Assembly (NCBI GenBank): GCA_002269645.1
Contig: NIVC01000776.1
Span: 1 to 64,000 of the forward strand
Length of the DNA stretch: 64,000 bases
Origin: Macrostomum lignano
Lineage: Eukaryota
Direction of reading: 5' to 3'
A program made the position numbers and the translations under genes. A model generated the notes under the pieces. That model saw only the letters and a program-made list of their open reading frames with translations. It ran no database searches and was not told the DNA's origin. Within the stretch, counting starts at the first letter, position 1. Each line of letters starts with the position of its first letter. Below are positions 21,577 through 34,800 of the stretch, one piece after another.

Positions 21577-22917
21577 CTCTCTCTCTCTCTTTGTCGAACT
21601 TTCTGGTTTGGGTTGGGCCAGGCTCGAACCTGCGCCTCTCGTGCCAACTGCCTTGACTTCGTCTCACTGGTTTAATGGTCCGACCGGGCGTAGCTTGGTT
21701 GGGTGTTAAACCAGTGGGGCGTGGCTCTTGTGCGTTGGTGCGGGGGGTGGTGGGCCTGGCCTTGGTCACGTGCCCGCGGCCTGGGTGGCGTTTATTTAAT
21801 ACGGTGCGGGCTGTCGCTGACCCGCCAAGCGCGTATTGATTTTTTTTCTCGCTTTTAAGTCTCCAAGGTTTTTATTTGGCTTTTAAGTCCGGTAAATTAA
21901 AGTTAATAAATACGCTCGAATACTCGTGCAATAGGGCCAGGCTCGAACCTGCGCCTCTCGTGCCAACTGCCTTGACTTCGTCTCACTGGTTTAACGTTTC
22001 TACAAAAATGGTAAATAAATAATAAATAATAATAGAACCATTTTTTATTCACCATCTTTGTAGAAATTCGAGATTCTGGAGGAGGAGGATCGTAGCATTC
22101 ATCAGATTGAAGAAATAAGTGGTTTTGGTTCGTCGAAATATGCTCTATATAAGCTTTCATCTTTTATATGAAATAAGATGAGTCTACAGGAATGACTGAT
22201 CCGATTTTTGCCTAATTATAGATACTAACTAAATGGAATTGAACTCATTTGAACTTTGAAGATCCCGGGATCCTTTTGGCCCTAATAACCCTAGCTAAAC
22301 AACCTGAGGGGCTGATCAGCCCCTTGCTTTTAGCGCAACAGGCCAAATGCAGTATATTGCAAGAAAAGAAAAGCGTAGCTATAGCTGACTTCATCGCATC
22401 GGTCGGGGAGAGCGTATGCGTGCGTGTGTGTGGGGGATCTGCTTAAAAATGCCTCAACTAGAAAAATCCGGTTTGGGGTGGCGAGGGCCGTATATCGCAC
22501 ACATACACGGATATCCTTCCCTCCTGGGAGAAGGCGATGTTGAATAGGTCCGCCGAGCGGAGCTGGGTGCCTCCCAGGCTGGGGTCACTGCGCCCTCTAC
22601 TTCCGGATCTGTCCATTCGGAGCGACTGGAAGTAGGAAAACCGATGGAGGTTGACGAGCGCTCGAACCATTTGAAGGCTTCTACGGGGTAAGGAAAACCG
22701 GCCCTGTGCCCGGCCCGGCCATCCTGCCAAGCCCATGCATGCGGCTGTTCTCCCTGAAAACGCGTGCATCAGGGGGGGGAGATGCAAATGAATGGAGGAT
22801 AGGAAAAAGAAATAGCCGCCGCCGACTTGAAAAACTGATAAGCCAGCGAGCTGGTTTATCCCGGTCCCGAAGGAGCGAATTGAATTCAGCCGCCAAGCTA
22901 CCAGCCCGAGCCAAGTC

Positions 22918-23430
22918 ATGGTGGATCAGCAGCAGAAGCCGTCGGAAGCCACAGTCGAGGAGGTGGAGAGTCGGCAGAACCAGTGTTCGCCCGTGGTGTG
23001 CATCCTCAGCGTCTGCCTCTGCCTGGTGCTGGTGGCGCTGATCGTGGTCACCGGCCTACACACGCACACGAAGCTGCAGGCTTCCGATGACGATGACAAC
23101 AGCCCGTTCGGCTGCCCGCTGGTCCCCGGCCGGTCTGCTGGCCTGCGCGGCCCCTGCCAGGCGCTGCGGAACCGCACCTTCCCCGTCACAGTCGGCCTCG
23201 GAGGCGGCGGCGGTGGCGGTGGCGGCGCCTGCGCCGACTTTTTCGGCTTCGCCTGCCCGCCGGGCGCCTCCTCGAAGCAGGCGAACGTGAGCTTCTCGCA
23301 GCTGCTGCTGCTCAGCGTGGCCCAGACCGCCTGCTCTCGCGGCCAGGCCGATGTGAACTCAGTTGTCGCCGCCTTCTTCAGCGTCACCGACGTCAACGCC
23401 GAGCTGGTGAAGCCGATATTCAAGTGCTGA
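22918..23430 (+). CDS. 170-aa type II membrane protein resembling a collapsed neprilysin/M13 peptidase (no HExxH)
   Basis: Short N-tail, hydrophobic helix, CADFFGFAC (cf. M13 PC-DF--FAC), QLLLLSVAQTAC (cf. QLFFL-FAQ-WC) and a terminal FKC. GC-rich coding-like composition. Confidence 0.6.
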   Translation: MVDQQQKPSEATVEEVESRQNQCSPVVCILSVCLCLVLVALIVVTGLHTHTKLQASDDDDNSPFGCPLVPGRSAGLRGPCQALRNRTFPVTVGLGGGGGGGGGACADFFGFACPPGASSKQANVSFSQLLLLSVAQTACSRGQADVNSVVAAFFSVTDVNAELVKPIFKC

Positions 23431-24419
23431 GGATCGAGCGCAGGCTGCACTCGGCTTTCTAGGAAAAACACCAGAGATTTAAACAAAAGTGGGTCGAAAA
23501 GCGCTCCAGACATTTTCGAAAGCGGCACGCAGTTCACCCAACACTGAGACTGAATTCAAGCCCCGAGTGTAAAGTGATAAAAGTAGAACCGATCAGGATG
23601 CACTTCCGTTATCAGCGCAGGGCCTTGACTACCGTACAAATAATGCAATAAATCTTTAATCCGCCCCCACTACTGCCGCAGTGTAAGCTTCTAATCAATA
23701 TCGACCCTTAGTTTTAATCGAATGTCGAAACGGTGCAATGCGACACTGTAATTATTAGATATTGCTCGATTGCCTTCTGTAGCTTCTTTGAGTTAATATT
23801 GCAGGCTTATTGGTGGACTTAGTGCTCTTTTCACCTTTGTTATTAGTACTAAAGTTTCAATAACTATTAATTAGTGTCCTTTACTGCTGTATGAAAATGA
23901 TGTTTTCTTGTACTTTTGATCAAATAAATAAAAACTATATAAGTCAATATGCTTCATATACTTCATACACCATATACTTTAAACTTGAAATTTTATCGGA
24001 TGTCTTGCGTGCCTGCCGCCAACCGCCCATTTCCCGGTCGCATCTGTCTTCCGCTGCCTGTTGTTGTTCTTCTTCAGGACTTTCCCAGCCCCGCGACAGG
24101 CGCGGGGAGGCGGCTGTGCAGAAATTTCGTCAGCTTGTTCTTCAGGGCCGGCATCCGCTGTTTTGTCTGGTTCGCAGAACTTCCAGACAAAAGCCTATTT
24201 TACACTGCGCTATGAAGTATTGCGCACAATCTGCGATGAAAACAGAATTGATTGCGCCCAGTGCGACTGCATGCAGTGTCAGAGAGGCCTTCGCAATCAA
24301 AAACACGAGCGTTAGTGATGAATGGATGGTCAGAAAGGATTGAATAGCCGGGGATGAAATGAATGCATCAGCAAGGAATCAATGCAAGGAGTTTCAAGCA
24401 TAAGTGAATAAAGTGAGCA

Positions 24420-24820
24420 GGAATGAGTGAAATTGTCAGAAAGGAATGAAATTGTCAGAAAGGAATGAAATTGTCAGGTAGGAATGAAATTGTCAGGAAG
24501 CAATGAAATTGTCAGAAAGGAATGAAATTGTCAGGAAGGAATGAGATTGTCAGAAAGGAATGAAATTGTCAGGGAGGAATGAGATTGTCAGGAAGGAATG
24601 AAATTGTCAGGAAGGAATGAAATTGTCAGAAAGGAATGAAATTGTCAGTGAGGAATGAAATTGTCAGGAAGGAATGAAATTGTCAGGAAGCAATGAGATT
24701 GTCAGGAAGCAATGAGATTGTCAGGAAGCAATGAGATTGTCAGGAAGCAATGAGATTGTCAGGAAGCAATGAAATTGTCAGGAAGCAATGAGATTGTCAG
24801 GAAGGAATGAGATTGTCAGG
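24420..24820. repeat. 19-nt minisatellite GAATGAAATTGTCAGGAAG
   Basis: Tandem copies visible. Confidence 0.93.
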
Positions 24821-25269
24821 AAAGACGCAATGAAGGAAGGAAGGGTTGGGAAGAAAGGAGCTGGACAGTCCTTCCTTCTTGTAAGGAAGGAATCAGGGAA
24901 GAGAGGGGATTAGATAAAGGAATAATGGGATTTAGGAGGTAGCGCACTGACCCCACACAGTTCAATGGCTTCATAAAGCAGCTGGCAGTACAGAAAGCTG
25001 TAGCGCAGAAAGCCCAAGTATCCGGCAATGGACAGCAATAAAGCGGTGCAGCAAGATGGTTGCAGAATTTCTGCGAGTTGCAATAAACACAGCTAGCTTT
25101 CCTCGTGCACTTTCCAGCACTTGATGTGCACAGCGAGCAATTGCTTCCGAAATAAAACTTGTACGAACTTCCAATTAGCCTTTTTGTTTTGCTGTTTTTG
25201 GTATACAAAGCCTAACTGATTATGGATTGTGTGCTCATATATCGAGTGTTCAGAGTAGATATATATTGT

Positions 25270-25540
25270 TCATATCGTTCTGTTCAGTGCTCATATATCA
25301 TTCTGCTCAGTGTTCACATGTCATTCTGCTCAGTTTTCACATGTCATTCTGCTCAGTGTTCACATGTCATTCTGCTCAGTGTTCACATGTCATTCTGCTC
25401 AGTTTTCACATGTCATTCTGCTCAGTGCTCATATATCACTCTACTCAGTGCTTATATATCACTCTGCTCAGTGCTCATATATCACTCTGCTCAGTGCTCA
25501 TGTATCATTCCGCTCAGTGCTCATATATCATTCTGCTCAG
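25270..25540. repeat. 23-nt minisatellite CATTCTGCTCAGTGTTCACATGT
   Basis: Tandem copies visible. Confidence 0.9.
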
Positions 25541-25844
25541 AGCTCATTAGTGCTAATACTGCTCAAAATATCATAAAAATCGGCAAGAAAAACTCAGTTA
25601 TGCACAGCCTAAAAAGCGCAAGTTCAACCCAGGGCCCCCATTCGTTGCATTTCTGCACTCGCCCGGTAGAGTCTAATCTCTGCATGTATGTTCGTGGCCA
25701 GAGCTACGAGTAGATAGCAGCCAGGCTGCTATAACTGAGCTGTTTTGTGTCAGAGCAGCTGGTAAGCGCAAAAACTCAGATCAGCGTTGACCAGTTTACA
25801 TAGGCAGAGCTCTATAACAGAAAATCTTCAGTAAGCAATACTGG

Positions 25845-28800
25845 ATGAGGCGTCACTGGTTGCTAAGCGGAGTCTGCGTCACGCTGGCCGTAGCCGCCGC
25901 TCTTTCGGCGCCACTGCGGTTTCAAAGTGGCCGCGCCGTCAGCATCAACCTCGAGTGCGACGTCTGCAAGACCGGCGTGGCTCTGGCGCGTCGGCTGTTG
26001 GATGAAGGGAGTGAGTTGGAGAGCTCAGCTGCTCGACCCGCCTCACCTTCAATCAGTTCACTGCATAAGTCTTCACAACACTACTCCAGAGCCTACCACA
26101 GCCTCCACTACACGCCCTACCACATACTCTACTCCCAGAGCCTACCACAGCCTCCACTGCACGCCCTACCACATACTCTACTCCCAGAGCCTACCACAGC
26201 CTCCACTGCACGCCCTACCACATACTCTACTCCCAGAGCCTACCTCAGCCTCCACTGCACGCCCTACCACGTACTCTACTCCCAGAGCCTACCTCAGCCT
26301 CCACTGCACGCCCTACCACATACTCTACTCCCAGAGCCTACCTCAGCCTCCACTGCACGCCCTACCACATACTCTACTCCCAGAGCCTACCACAGCCTCC
26401 ACTGCACGCCCTACCACATACTCTACTCCCAGAGCCTACCTCAGCCTCCACTGCACGCCCTACCACATACTCTACTCCCAGAGCCTACCTCAGCCTCCAC
26501 TGCACGCCCTACCACATACTCTACTCCCAGAGCCTACCTCAGCCTCCACTGCACGCCCTACCACATACTCTACTCCCAGAGCCTATCTCAGCCTCCACTG
26601 CACGCCCTACCACATACTCTACTCCCAGAGCCTACCACAGCCTCCACTGCACGCCCTACCACATACTCTACTCCCAGAGCCTACCACAGCCTCCACTGCA
26701 CGCCCTACCACATACTCTACTCCCAGAGCCTACCTCAGCCTCCACCTCAGCCTCCACTCCAAGGACTACACCAGACTCCATTCCTCAGGCTACCCAAGAC
26801 TCATTCTCCATAACTCGCCACTGTTTTAGAGAACAGCCTCGTGCCAGAAGTGGCTCGAATAATCTGCCTATACAGCTACAAAGAGGCGCCTCAGGTGTGC
26901 GACGGAGTCGTGAAATTGTGGCAGGTGAGCCCCGAACCTCACTGACTGACTCACTCTCACTGACTGACTGACTCACTCTCACTGACTGACTGACTCATTC
27001 TCACTGACTCACTCTCACTGACTCACTCTCACTGACTGACTCACTCTCACTGACTGACTGACTCACTCTCACTGACTCACTCTCACTGACTGACTCACTC
27101 TCACTGACTCACTCTCACTGACTGACTCACTCTCACTGACTGACTGACTCACTCTCACTGACTCACTCTCACTGACTGACTCACTCTCACTGACTGACTG
27201 ACTCACTCTCACTGACTCACTCTCACTGACTGACTCACTCTCACTGACTGACTGACTCACTCTCACTGACTGACTCACTTTCACTGACTGACTCACTCTC
27301 ACTTACTGACTCACTCTCACTGACTGACTCACTCTCACTGACTAGCTCACTCTCACTGACTGACTCACTCTCACTGACTGACTGACTCACTCTCACTGAC
27401 TCACTGACTGACTCACTCTCACTGACTGACTCACTGACTGACTCACTCTCACTGACTGACTCACTGACTGACTCACTCTCACTGACTGACTCACTGACTA
27501 ACTCACTCTCACTGACACCCCAGCCGATGTTCATGTATGCCCTGGATCATGTCTACCTGGACCCCGATGATGTCTGCGGCCAGTACTTGGGCGCCGGCTG
27601 CTCCAACGCTTCAATTCCGCAGTTCGACTACTTCTGGAACATCAGCCTGCCGCCAAATCCCAAGCCGCCAGTGAAGCCGATTTCGCCACCAAAGTCGGGT
27701 GCGCCAAGGCTTCGAATTTTGCACCTCAGCGACGTCCATATCGACGCCTTGTACAGCGTGGGCGCCAGCGCCGACTGCGGCCTCCCCACCTGCTGCAGAA
27801 GGAGCGACGGGATGCCGCGTGAGATGCTGGAGTCTGGGACTGGATGATGCTGGAGTCTGGGACTGGATGATGCTGGAGTCTGGGACAGGATGATGCTGGA
27901 GTCTGGGACTGGATGATGCTGGAGTCTGGGACAGGATGATGCTGGAGTCTAGAACTGGATGATGCTGGAGTCTGGGACAGTATGATGCTGGATTCTGGGA
28001 CTGGATGATGCTGGAGTCTGGGACAGGATGATGCTGGATTCTGGGACAGGATGATGCTGGAGTCTGGGACAGGATGATGCTGGAGTCTGAGACAGGATGA
28101 TGCTGGAGTCTGGGACAGGATGATGCTGGAGTCTGAGACAGGATGATGCTTGTGTCTGAGACAGGATGATGGTGGAGTCTGGGACAGGATGATGCTGGAG
28201 TCTAGCAAAGCAGTATGAAGCTAGAATGGGCTTATTATCCATGGTCTGTGGATGCAGCTGTGTAAACTCGGTGAACTCGGTAGCTGCAGAAGCTTTAGGT
28301 GGCTTCGCGGCCTCCCCATTCCGTCAGTGGCATAAGCAGCGGCATAGGCAGTGGCATAGGCAGTGGCATAGGCAGTGGCATAGGCAGTGGCATAGGCAGT
28401 GGCATAGGCAGTGGCATAGGCAGTGGCATAGGCAGTGGCATAGGCAGTGGCATAGGCAGTGGCATAGGCAGTGGCATAGGCAGTGGCATAGGCAGTGGCA
28501 TAGGCAGTGGCATAGGCAGTGGCATAGGCAGCGGCATAGGCAGTGGCATAGGCAGTGGCATAGGCAGTGGCATAGGCAGTGGCATAGGCAGTGGCATAGG
28601 CAGTGGCATAGGCAGCGGCATAGGCAGTGGCATAGGCAGTGGCATAGGCAGTGGCATAGGCAGTGGCATAGGCAGCGGCATAGGCAGTGGCATAGGCAGT
28701 GGCATAGGCAGTGGCATAGGCAGTGGCATAGGCAGTGGCATAGGCAGTGGCATAGGCAGTGGCACAGGCAGTGGCATAGGCAGTGGCATAGGCAGTGGCA

Positions 28801-31800
28801 TAGGCAGTGGCATAGGCAGTGGCATAGGCAGTGGCATAGGCAGTGGCATAGGCAGTGGCATAGGCAGTGGCATAGGCAGTGGCATAGGCAGTGGCATAGG
28901 CAGTGGCATAGGCAGTGGCATAGGCAGTGGCATAGGCAGTGGCATAGGCAGTGGCATAGGCAGTGGCATAGGCAGTGGCATAGGCAGTGGCATAGGCAGT
29001 GGCATAGGCAGTGGCATAGGCAGTGGCATAGGCAGTGGCATAGGCAGTGGCATAGGCAGTGGCATAGGCAGTGGCATAGGCAGTGGCATAGGCAGTGGCA
29101 TAGGCAGTGGCATAGGCAGTGGCATAGGCAGTGGCATAGGCAGTGGCATAGGCAGTGGCATAGGCAGTGGCATAGGCAGTGGCATAGGCAGTGGCATAGG
29201 CAGTGGCATAGGCAGTGGCATAGGCAGTGGCATAGGCAGTGGCATAGGCAGTGGCATAGGCAGCGGCATAGGCAGTGGCATAGGCAGTGGCATAGGCAGT
29301 GGCATAGGCAGTGGCATAGGCAGTGGCATAGGCAGTGGCATAGGCAGTGGCACAGGCAGTGGCATAGGCAGTGGCATAGGCAGTGGCATAGGCAGTGGCA
29401 TAGGCAGTGGCATAGGCAGTGGCATAGGCAGTGGCATAGGCAGTGGCATAGGCAGTGGCATAGGCAGTGGCATAGGCAGTGGCATAGGCAGTGGCATAGG
29501 CAGTGGCATAGGCAGTGGCATAGGCAGTGGCATAGGCAGTGGCATAGGCAGTGGCATAGGCAGTGGCATAGGCAGTGGCATAGGCAGTGACATAGGCAGT
29601 GGCATAGGCAGTGGCACAGGCAGTGGCATAGGCAGTGGCATAGGCAGTGGCATAGGCAGTGGCATAGGCAGTGGCATAGGCAGTGGCATACCGTAGGCAG
29701 TGGCATAGGCAGTGGCATAGGCAGTGGCATAGGCAGTGGCATAGGCAGTGGCATAGGCAGAAGCATAGGCAGTTATCCTCTAACCGGCTTGTTGCAGAAA
29801 TGGTTCAGACTAATCTGATTGATGAATCCGATGTAGGTCAGACAAGTGCATGCACACTGGGATGTCTTTTTGCGCCCACTTAATCGCATAATTTACTACG
29901 CTTGTAGTGCAATACACGCCAAACTTTCTATTGCTACTGATACTACTGATAAGAGTAGAAAAGCGAGAATATTTTGCACCGACGTCAATTTTGCAGCATC
30001 GTCGAAGCGCCGAGCCGCCTACTGGGGCGACTACAACTGCGACCTGCCCTGGTGGACCGCCGACAACTCCTTCAAGCAGATCGCCAGGGATCGACAGGTG
30101 GGCGCAGAAAATAGCTGCAAGATTTTTGCATTTTCCTACTGTCAGTAATGAAGTTAGCATATTCAGTGGGACTCAGCAGCCTCTCAAACTCATTCAGTGG
30201 GACACAGCAGCCTCTCAAACTCATTCAGTGGGACACTACAGCCTCTCAAACTCATTCAGTGGGAGGACACAGCAGCCTCTCAAACTCATTCAGTGGGACA
30301 CAGCAGCCTCTCAAACTCATTCAGTGGGAGGACACAGCAGCCTCTCAAACTCATTCAGTGGGAGGACACAGCAGCCTCTCAAACTCATTCAGTGGGAGGA
30401 CACAGCAGCCTCTCAAACTCATTCAGTGGGACACTACAGCCTCTCAAACTCATTCAGTGGGAGGACACAGCAGCCTCTCAAACTCATTCAGTGGGACACA
30501 GCAGCCTCTCAACTCATTCAGTGGGAGGACACAGCAGCCTCTCAAACTCATTCAGTGGGAGGACACAGCAGCCTCTCAAACTCATTCAGTGGGAGGACAC
30601 AGCAGCCTCTCAAACTCATTCAGTGGGAGGACACAGCAGCCTCTCAAACTCACTCAGTGGGAGGACACAGCACCACTTGACCACTTGACCCAGTCACCAT
30701 AAAACTACTCAATTTCCATCAAGTTCAATACAAAATCTGCACCCGTCGATCACCTGTTGACTCCCCACTCGAGCAGTTCGACCTGATCTACTTCACCGGT
30801 GACCTGCCGGACCACCACGTGTGGGAGCAGACCCGGCAGGAGGAGATCGCCCTGTACAGCGGCTTCACTCAGCTGGTGCAGAAGTACTTTCCTGGCGTGC
30901 CTCTGGTGGTTGCTATGGGCAACCATGAGAGCGTGCCAGTGAATAGGTTTGTTTGGTGTAATGCATTGCAAATTTGTTGGAATAAAAAATTATAAAAAGA
31001 AGCTAAATTTGATGCTTGCCAATCCAGCTTCCCTCCGCGGTACATAGTGGGCAACGATTCAATGGACTGGCTGTACACCAAGGTGTGGCAGCTCCTGTCC
31101 CCCTGGATTCCGGCTGATCAGAAGGCGAACGTGCTCAGGTATTCGGCGCTTTCTGCATTGGCTGAATTGCTCAGGGACTTGACAGATGGCAGCGTCTGTC
31201 TGACTCACCCTTTCCTATACTCTCAACTTCCTCTAAGTTTCTGACTCTCACCTCTCCGACTCTCACATCTCTGACTCTCACCTCCCCGACTCTCATCTCT
31301 CTGACTCTCACCTCTCCGACTCTCATCTCTCTGACTCTCACCTCTCCGACTCTCACCTCTCCGACTCTCACCTCTCTGACTCTCACCTCTCTAATTCCTC
31401 ACCTCTCTGATTCTCATCTCTCTAATTCTCACCTCCCCAACTCTCACCTCTCTGATTCTCACCTCTCCGACTCTCACCTCTCCGATTCTCACCTCTCCGA
31501 TTCTCACCTCTCCGACTCTCACCTCTCCGACTCTCACCTCTCCGACTCTCACCTCTCCGATTCTTACCTCTCCGATTCTCACCTCTCCGACTCTCACATC
31601 TCTGACTCTCACCTCCCCGACTCTCATCTCTCTGACTCTCACCTCTCCGACTCTCATCTCTCTGACTCTCACCTCTCCGACTCTCACCTCTCCGACTCTT
31701 ACCTCTCTGACTCTCACCTCTCTGACTCTCACCTCTCCGACTCTCACCTCTCCGACTCTCACCTCTCCGACTCTCACCTCTCCGACTCTCACCTCTCCGA

Positions 31801-34800
31801 CTCTCACCTCTCCAACTCTCACCTCTCCGACTCTAACCTCTTAGACTCTCACCTCTCTAATTCCTCACCTCTCTGATTCTCACCTCTCTGATTCTCACCC
31901 CTCTAATTCTCACCTCTCTGACTCTCACCTCTCTAATTCTTCACCTCTCTGACTCTCACCTCTCTAATTCCTCACCTCTCTGATTCTCACCTCTCTAATT
32001 CTCACCTCTCCGACTCTTACCTCTCCGACTCTCACCTCTCTGACTCTCACCTCACCGACTCTCACCTCTCCGACTCTCACCTCTCCGACTCTCACCTCCC
32101 CGACTCTCACCTCTCTGATTCTCACTTCACGACTCTCACCTCTCCGAATCTCACCTCTCCGACTCTCACCTCCCCGACTCTCACCTCCCCGACTCTCACC
32201 TCTCTGACTCTCACACTCTGATTTCACACTTTCAGAGGCGGCTACTACACGCAGCTGCTCAGGCCCGGCCTGCGCGTCGTGTCGCTTAACATGAACTATG
32301 GCGGCGATTTGAACTGGTGCGTTTTTCTTGGAAATCGATCGATCCACCCTTCCCAGATTAGCGCTTGAAGTTAAATAGGTATTCTTCATTAAAACAAACC
32401 GCAGGTGGCTGCTAGGCAACCTGACCGATCCGGACGGCCAGTACCAGTGGTTCATCGACGTTCTGCAGCGGGCTGAGGACAGCGGCGAGAAAGTGCACGT
32501 ACTGGGCCACATCCCGCCGAATGGCGTGATCAAGGGCTACTCGTGGAATTATTTTAAAATTGCTGAGCGGTAAAGAGGGGGTTAAATGGCAGGGGTTGCT
32601 GCCATAGACATCAGCTGTGTATTTGGGTATACTGCATGGATTCCCCAAGGCATGGATTCCCTAAGGCGTGAATTCCCCAAGGCATGGATTCCCTCAAGGC
32701 ATGGATTCTCCAAGGCATGGATTCCCCAAGGCATGGATTCCCCAAGGCATGGATTCCCCAAAGGCATGGATTCTTCAAGGAATGGATTCCCCAAGGCATG
32801 GATTCCCCAAGGCATGGATTCCCCAAGGTATGGATTCCCCAAGGCATGGATTCCCCAAGGCATGGATTCCCCAAGGCATGGATTCCCCAAGGCATGGATT
32901 CCCCAAGGCATGGATTCCTCAAGGCATGGATTCCCCAAGGCATGGATTCCCCAAGGCATGGATTCCCCAAGGCATGGATTCCCCAAGGCATGGATTCCCC
33001 AAGGCATGGATTCCCCAAGGCATGGATTCCCCAAGGCATGGATTCCCCAAGGCATGGATTCCCCAAGGCATGGATTCCCTGAGGCATGGATTCCCCAAGG
33101 CATGGATTCCCTGAGGCATGGATTCCCCAAGGCATGGATTCCCCAAGGCATGGATTCCCCAAGGCATTTATTCCCCAAGGCATTTATTCCCCAAGGCATG
33201 GATTCCCCAAGGCATGGATTCCCCAAGGCATTTATTCCCCAAGGCATGGATTCCCCAAGGCATGGATTCCCCAAGGCATGGATTCCCTAACGCACAGACA
33301 AGACACAGTCTGTTCTCTCACACACTCGCAGATACGAGTCGACAATCGCCGGTCACTTTTTCGGCCACACCCACCTGGACAACTTCGCCGTGATGCTGGA
33401 CCCAGCCAACCAGACCCGAGCCTTCGGCACCATCTATGTGTCCGGTAGCCTGAAGACTTCGCAGAACCCGTCATACCGGATCTACGAAGTTGATGGAAAT
33501 TACTCTGGGGCGTCATTTGTGAGTGACATCACCAGCTGCACTCACTAGGAATGTAAACTGAGCAAATAAACAAGCTGCTCTACTGATTTCTTGGAACATT
33601 GTGACAGCTTAATTTGACTATGACTTCATAACCTATGAATGCTGACCCAAGCAACCCTCACCCACCCTGACCCAAGCAATCCTCACCCAGCCTGACCCAA
33701 GCAATCCTCACCCACCCTGACCCAAGCAACTCTCACCCACCCTGACCCAAGCAACCCTCACCCACCCTGACCCAAGCAACCCTCACCCACCCTGACCCAA
33801 GCAACCCTCACCCACCCAGCTGACCCAAGCAACCCTCACCCACCCTGACCCAAGCAACCCTCACTCACCCTGACCCAAGCAACCCTCACCCACCCAGCTG
33901 ACCCAAGCAACCCTCACCCACCCTGACCCAAGCAACTCGCATCCACTCTGACCCAAGCAACCCTCACCCACCCTGACCCAAGCAACCCTCACCCACCCTG
34001 ACCCAAGCAACCCTCACCCACCCTGACCCAAGCAACCCTCACCCACCCAGCTGACCCAAGCAACCCTCACCCACCCTGACCCAAGCAACCCTCACCCACC
34101 CTGACCCAAGCAACCCTCACCCACCTTGACCCAAGCAACCCTCATCCACCCTGACCCAAGCAACCCTCACCCACCCAGCTGACCCAAGCAACCCTCACCC
34201 ACCCTGACCCAAGCAACCCTCACTCACCCTGACCCAAGCAACCCTCACCCACCCAGCTGACCCAAGCAACCCTCACCCACCCTGACCCAAGCAACTCGCA
34301 TCCACTCTGACCCAAGCAACCCTCACCCACCCTGACCCAAGCAACCCTCACCCACCCTGACCCAAGCAACCCTCACCCACCCTGACCCAAGCAACCCTCA
34401 CCCACCCAGCTGACCCAAGCAACCCTCACCCACCCTGACCCAAGCAACCCTCACCCACCCTGACCCAAGCAACCCTCACCCACCTTGACCCAAGCAACCC
34501 TCATCCACCCTGACCCAAGCAACCCTCACCCACCTTGACCCAAGCAACCCTCACCCACCTTGACCCAAGCAACCCTCACCCACCTTGACCCAAGCAACCC
34601 TCACCCACCTTGACCCAAGCAACCCTCACCCACCCTGACCCAAGCAACCCTCACCCACCTTGACCCAAGCAACCCTCACCCACCCTGACCCAAGCAACCC
34701 TCACCCACCTTGACCCAAGCAACCCTCACCCACCTTGACCCAAGCAACCCTCAGCCACCCTGACCCAAGCAACCCTCACCCACCCTGACCCAAGCAACCC

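Larger units (their letters stand above)
17782..21994 (+). mobile_element. Tyrosine-recombinase retrotransposon (DIRS order, Ngaro-like) with split direct repeats A1-ORFs-B1-A2-spacer-B2
   Basis: A1 17782-17895 and A2 21676-21789 (114 bp, 1 mismatch); B1 21615-21675 and B2 21934-21994 (61 bp, identical by eye). ORF order gag, RT, RNase H, YR. No recognisable methyltransferase and no TSD. AATAAA at 21905 precedes B2. Confidence 0.92.

Noticed and set aside
23891-24343. Overlapping 84-150 aa ORFs downstream of the mini-neprilysin
   Set aside because: No recognisable domain or M13 motif, and no phase-consistent splice link that I could establish.
25845-26829. 322-aa and 300-aa mucin-like ORFs
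   Set aside because: Only the first 55 codons are exonic (SMPD1 exon 1); the rest is read-through into a 49-nt intronic array.
28226-29766. 454-480 aa repetitive ORFs (IGSG, RQWH, PLPM, CHCL)
   Set aside because: They arise from a 12-nt array inside SMPD1 intron 3; the flanking exons join in phase without it.
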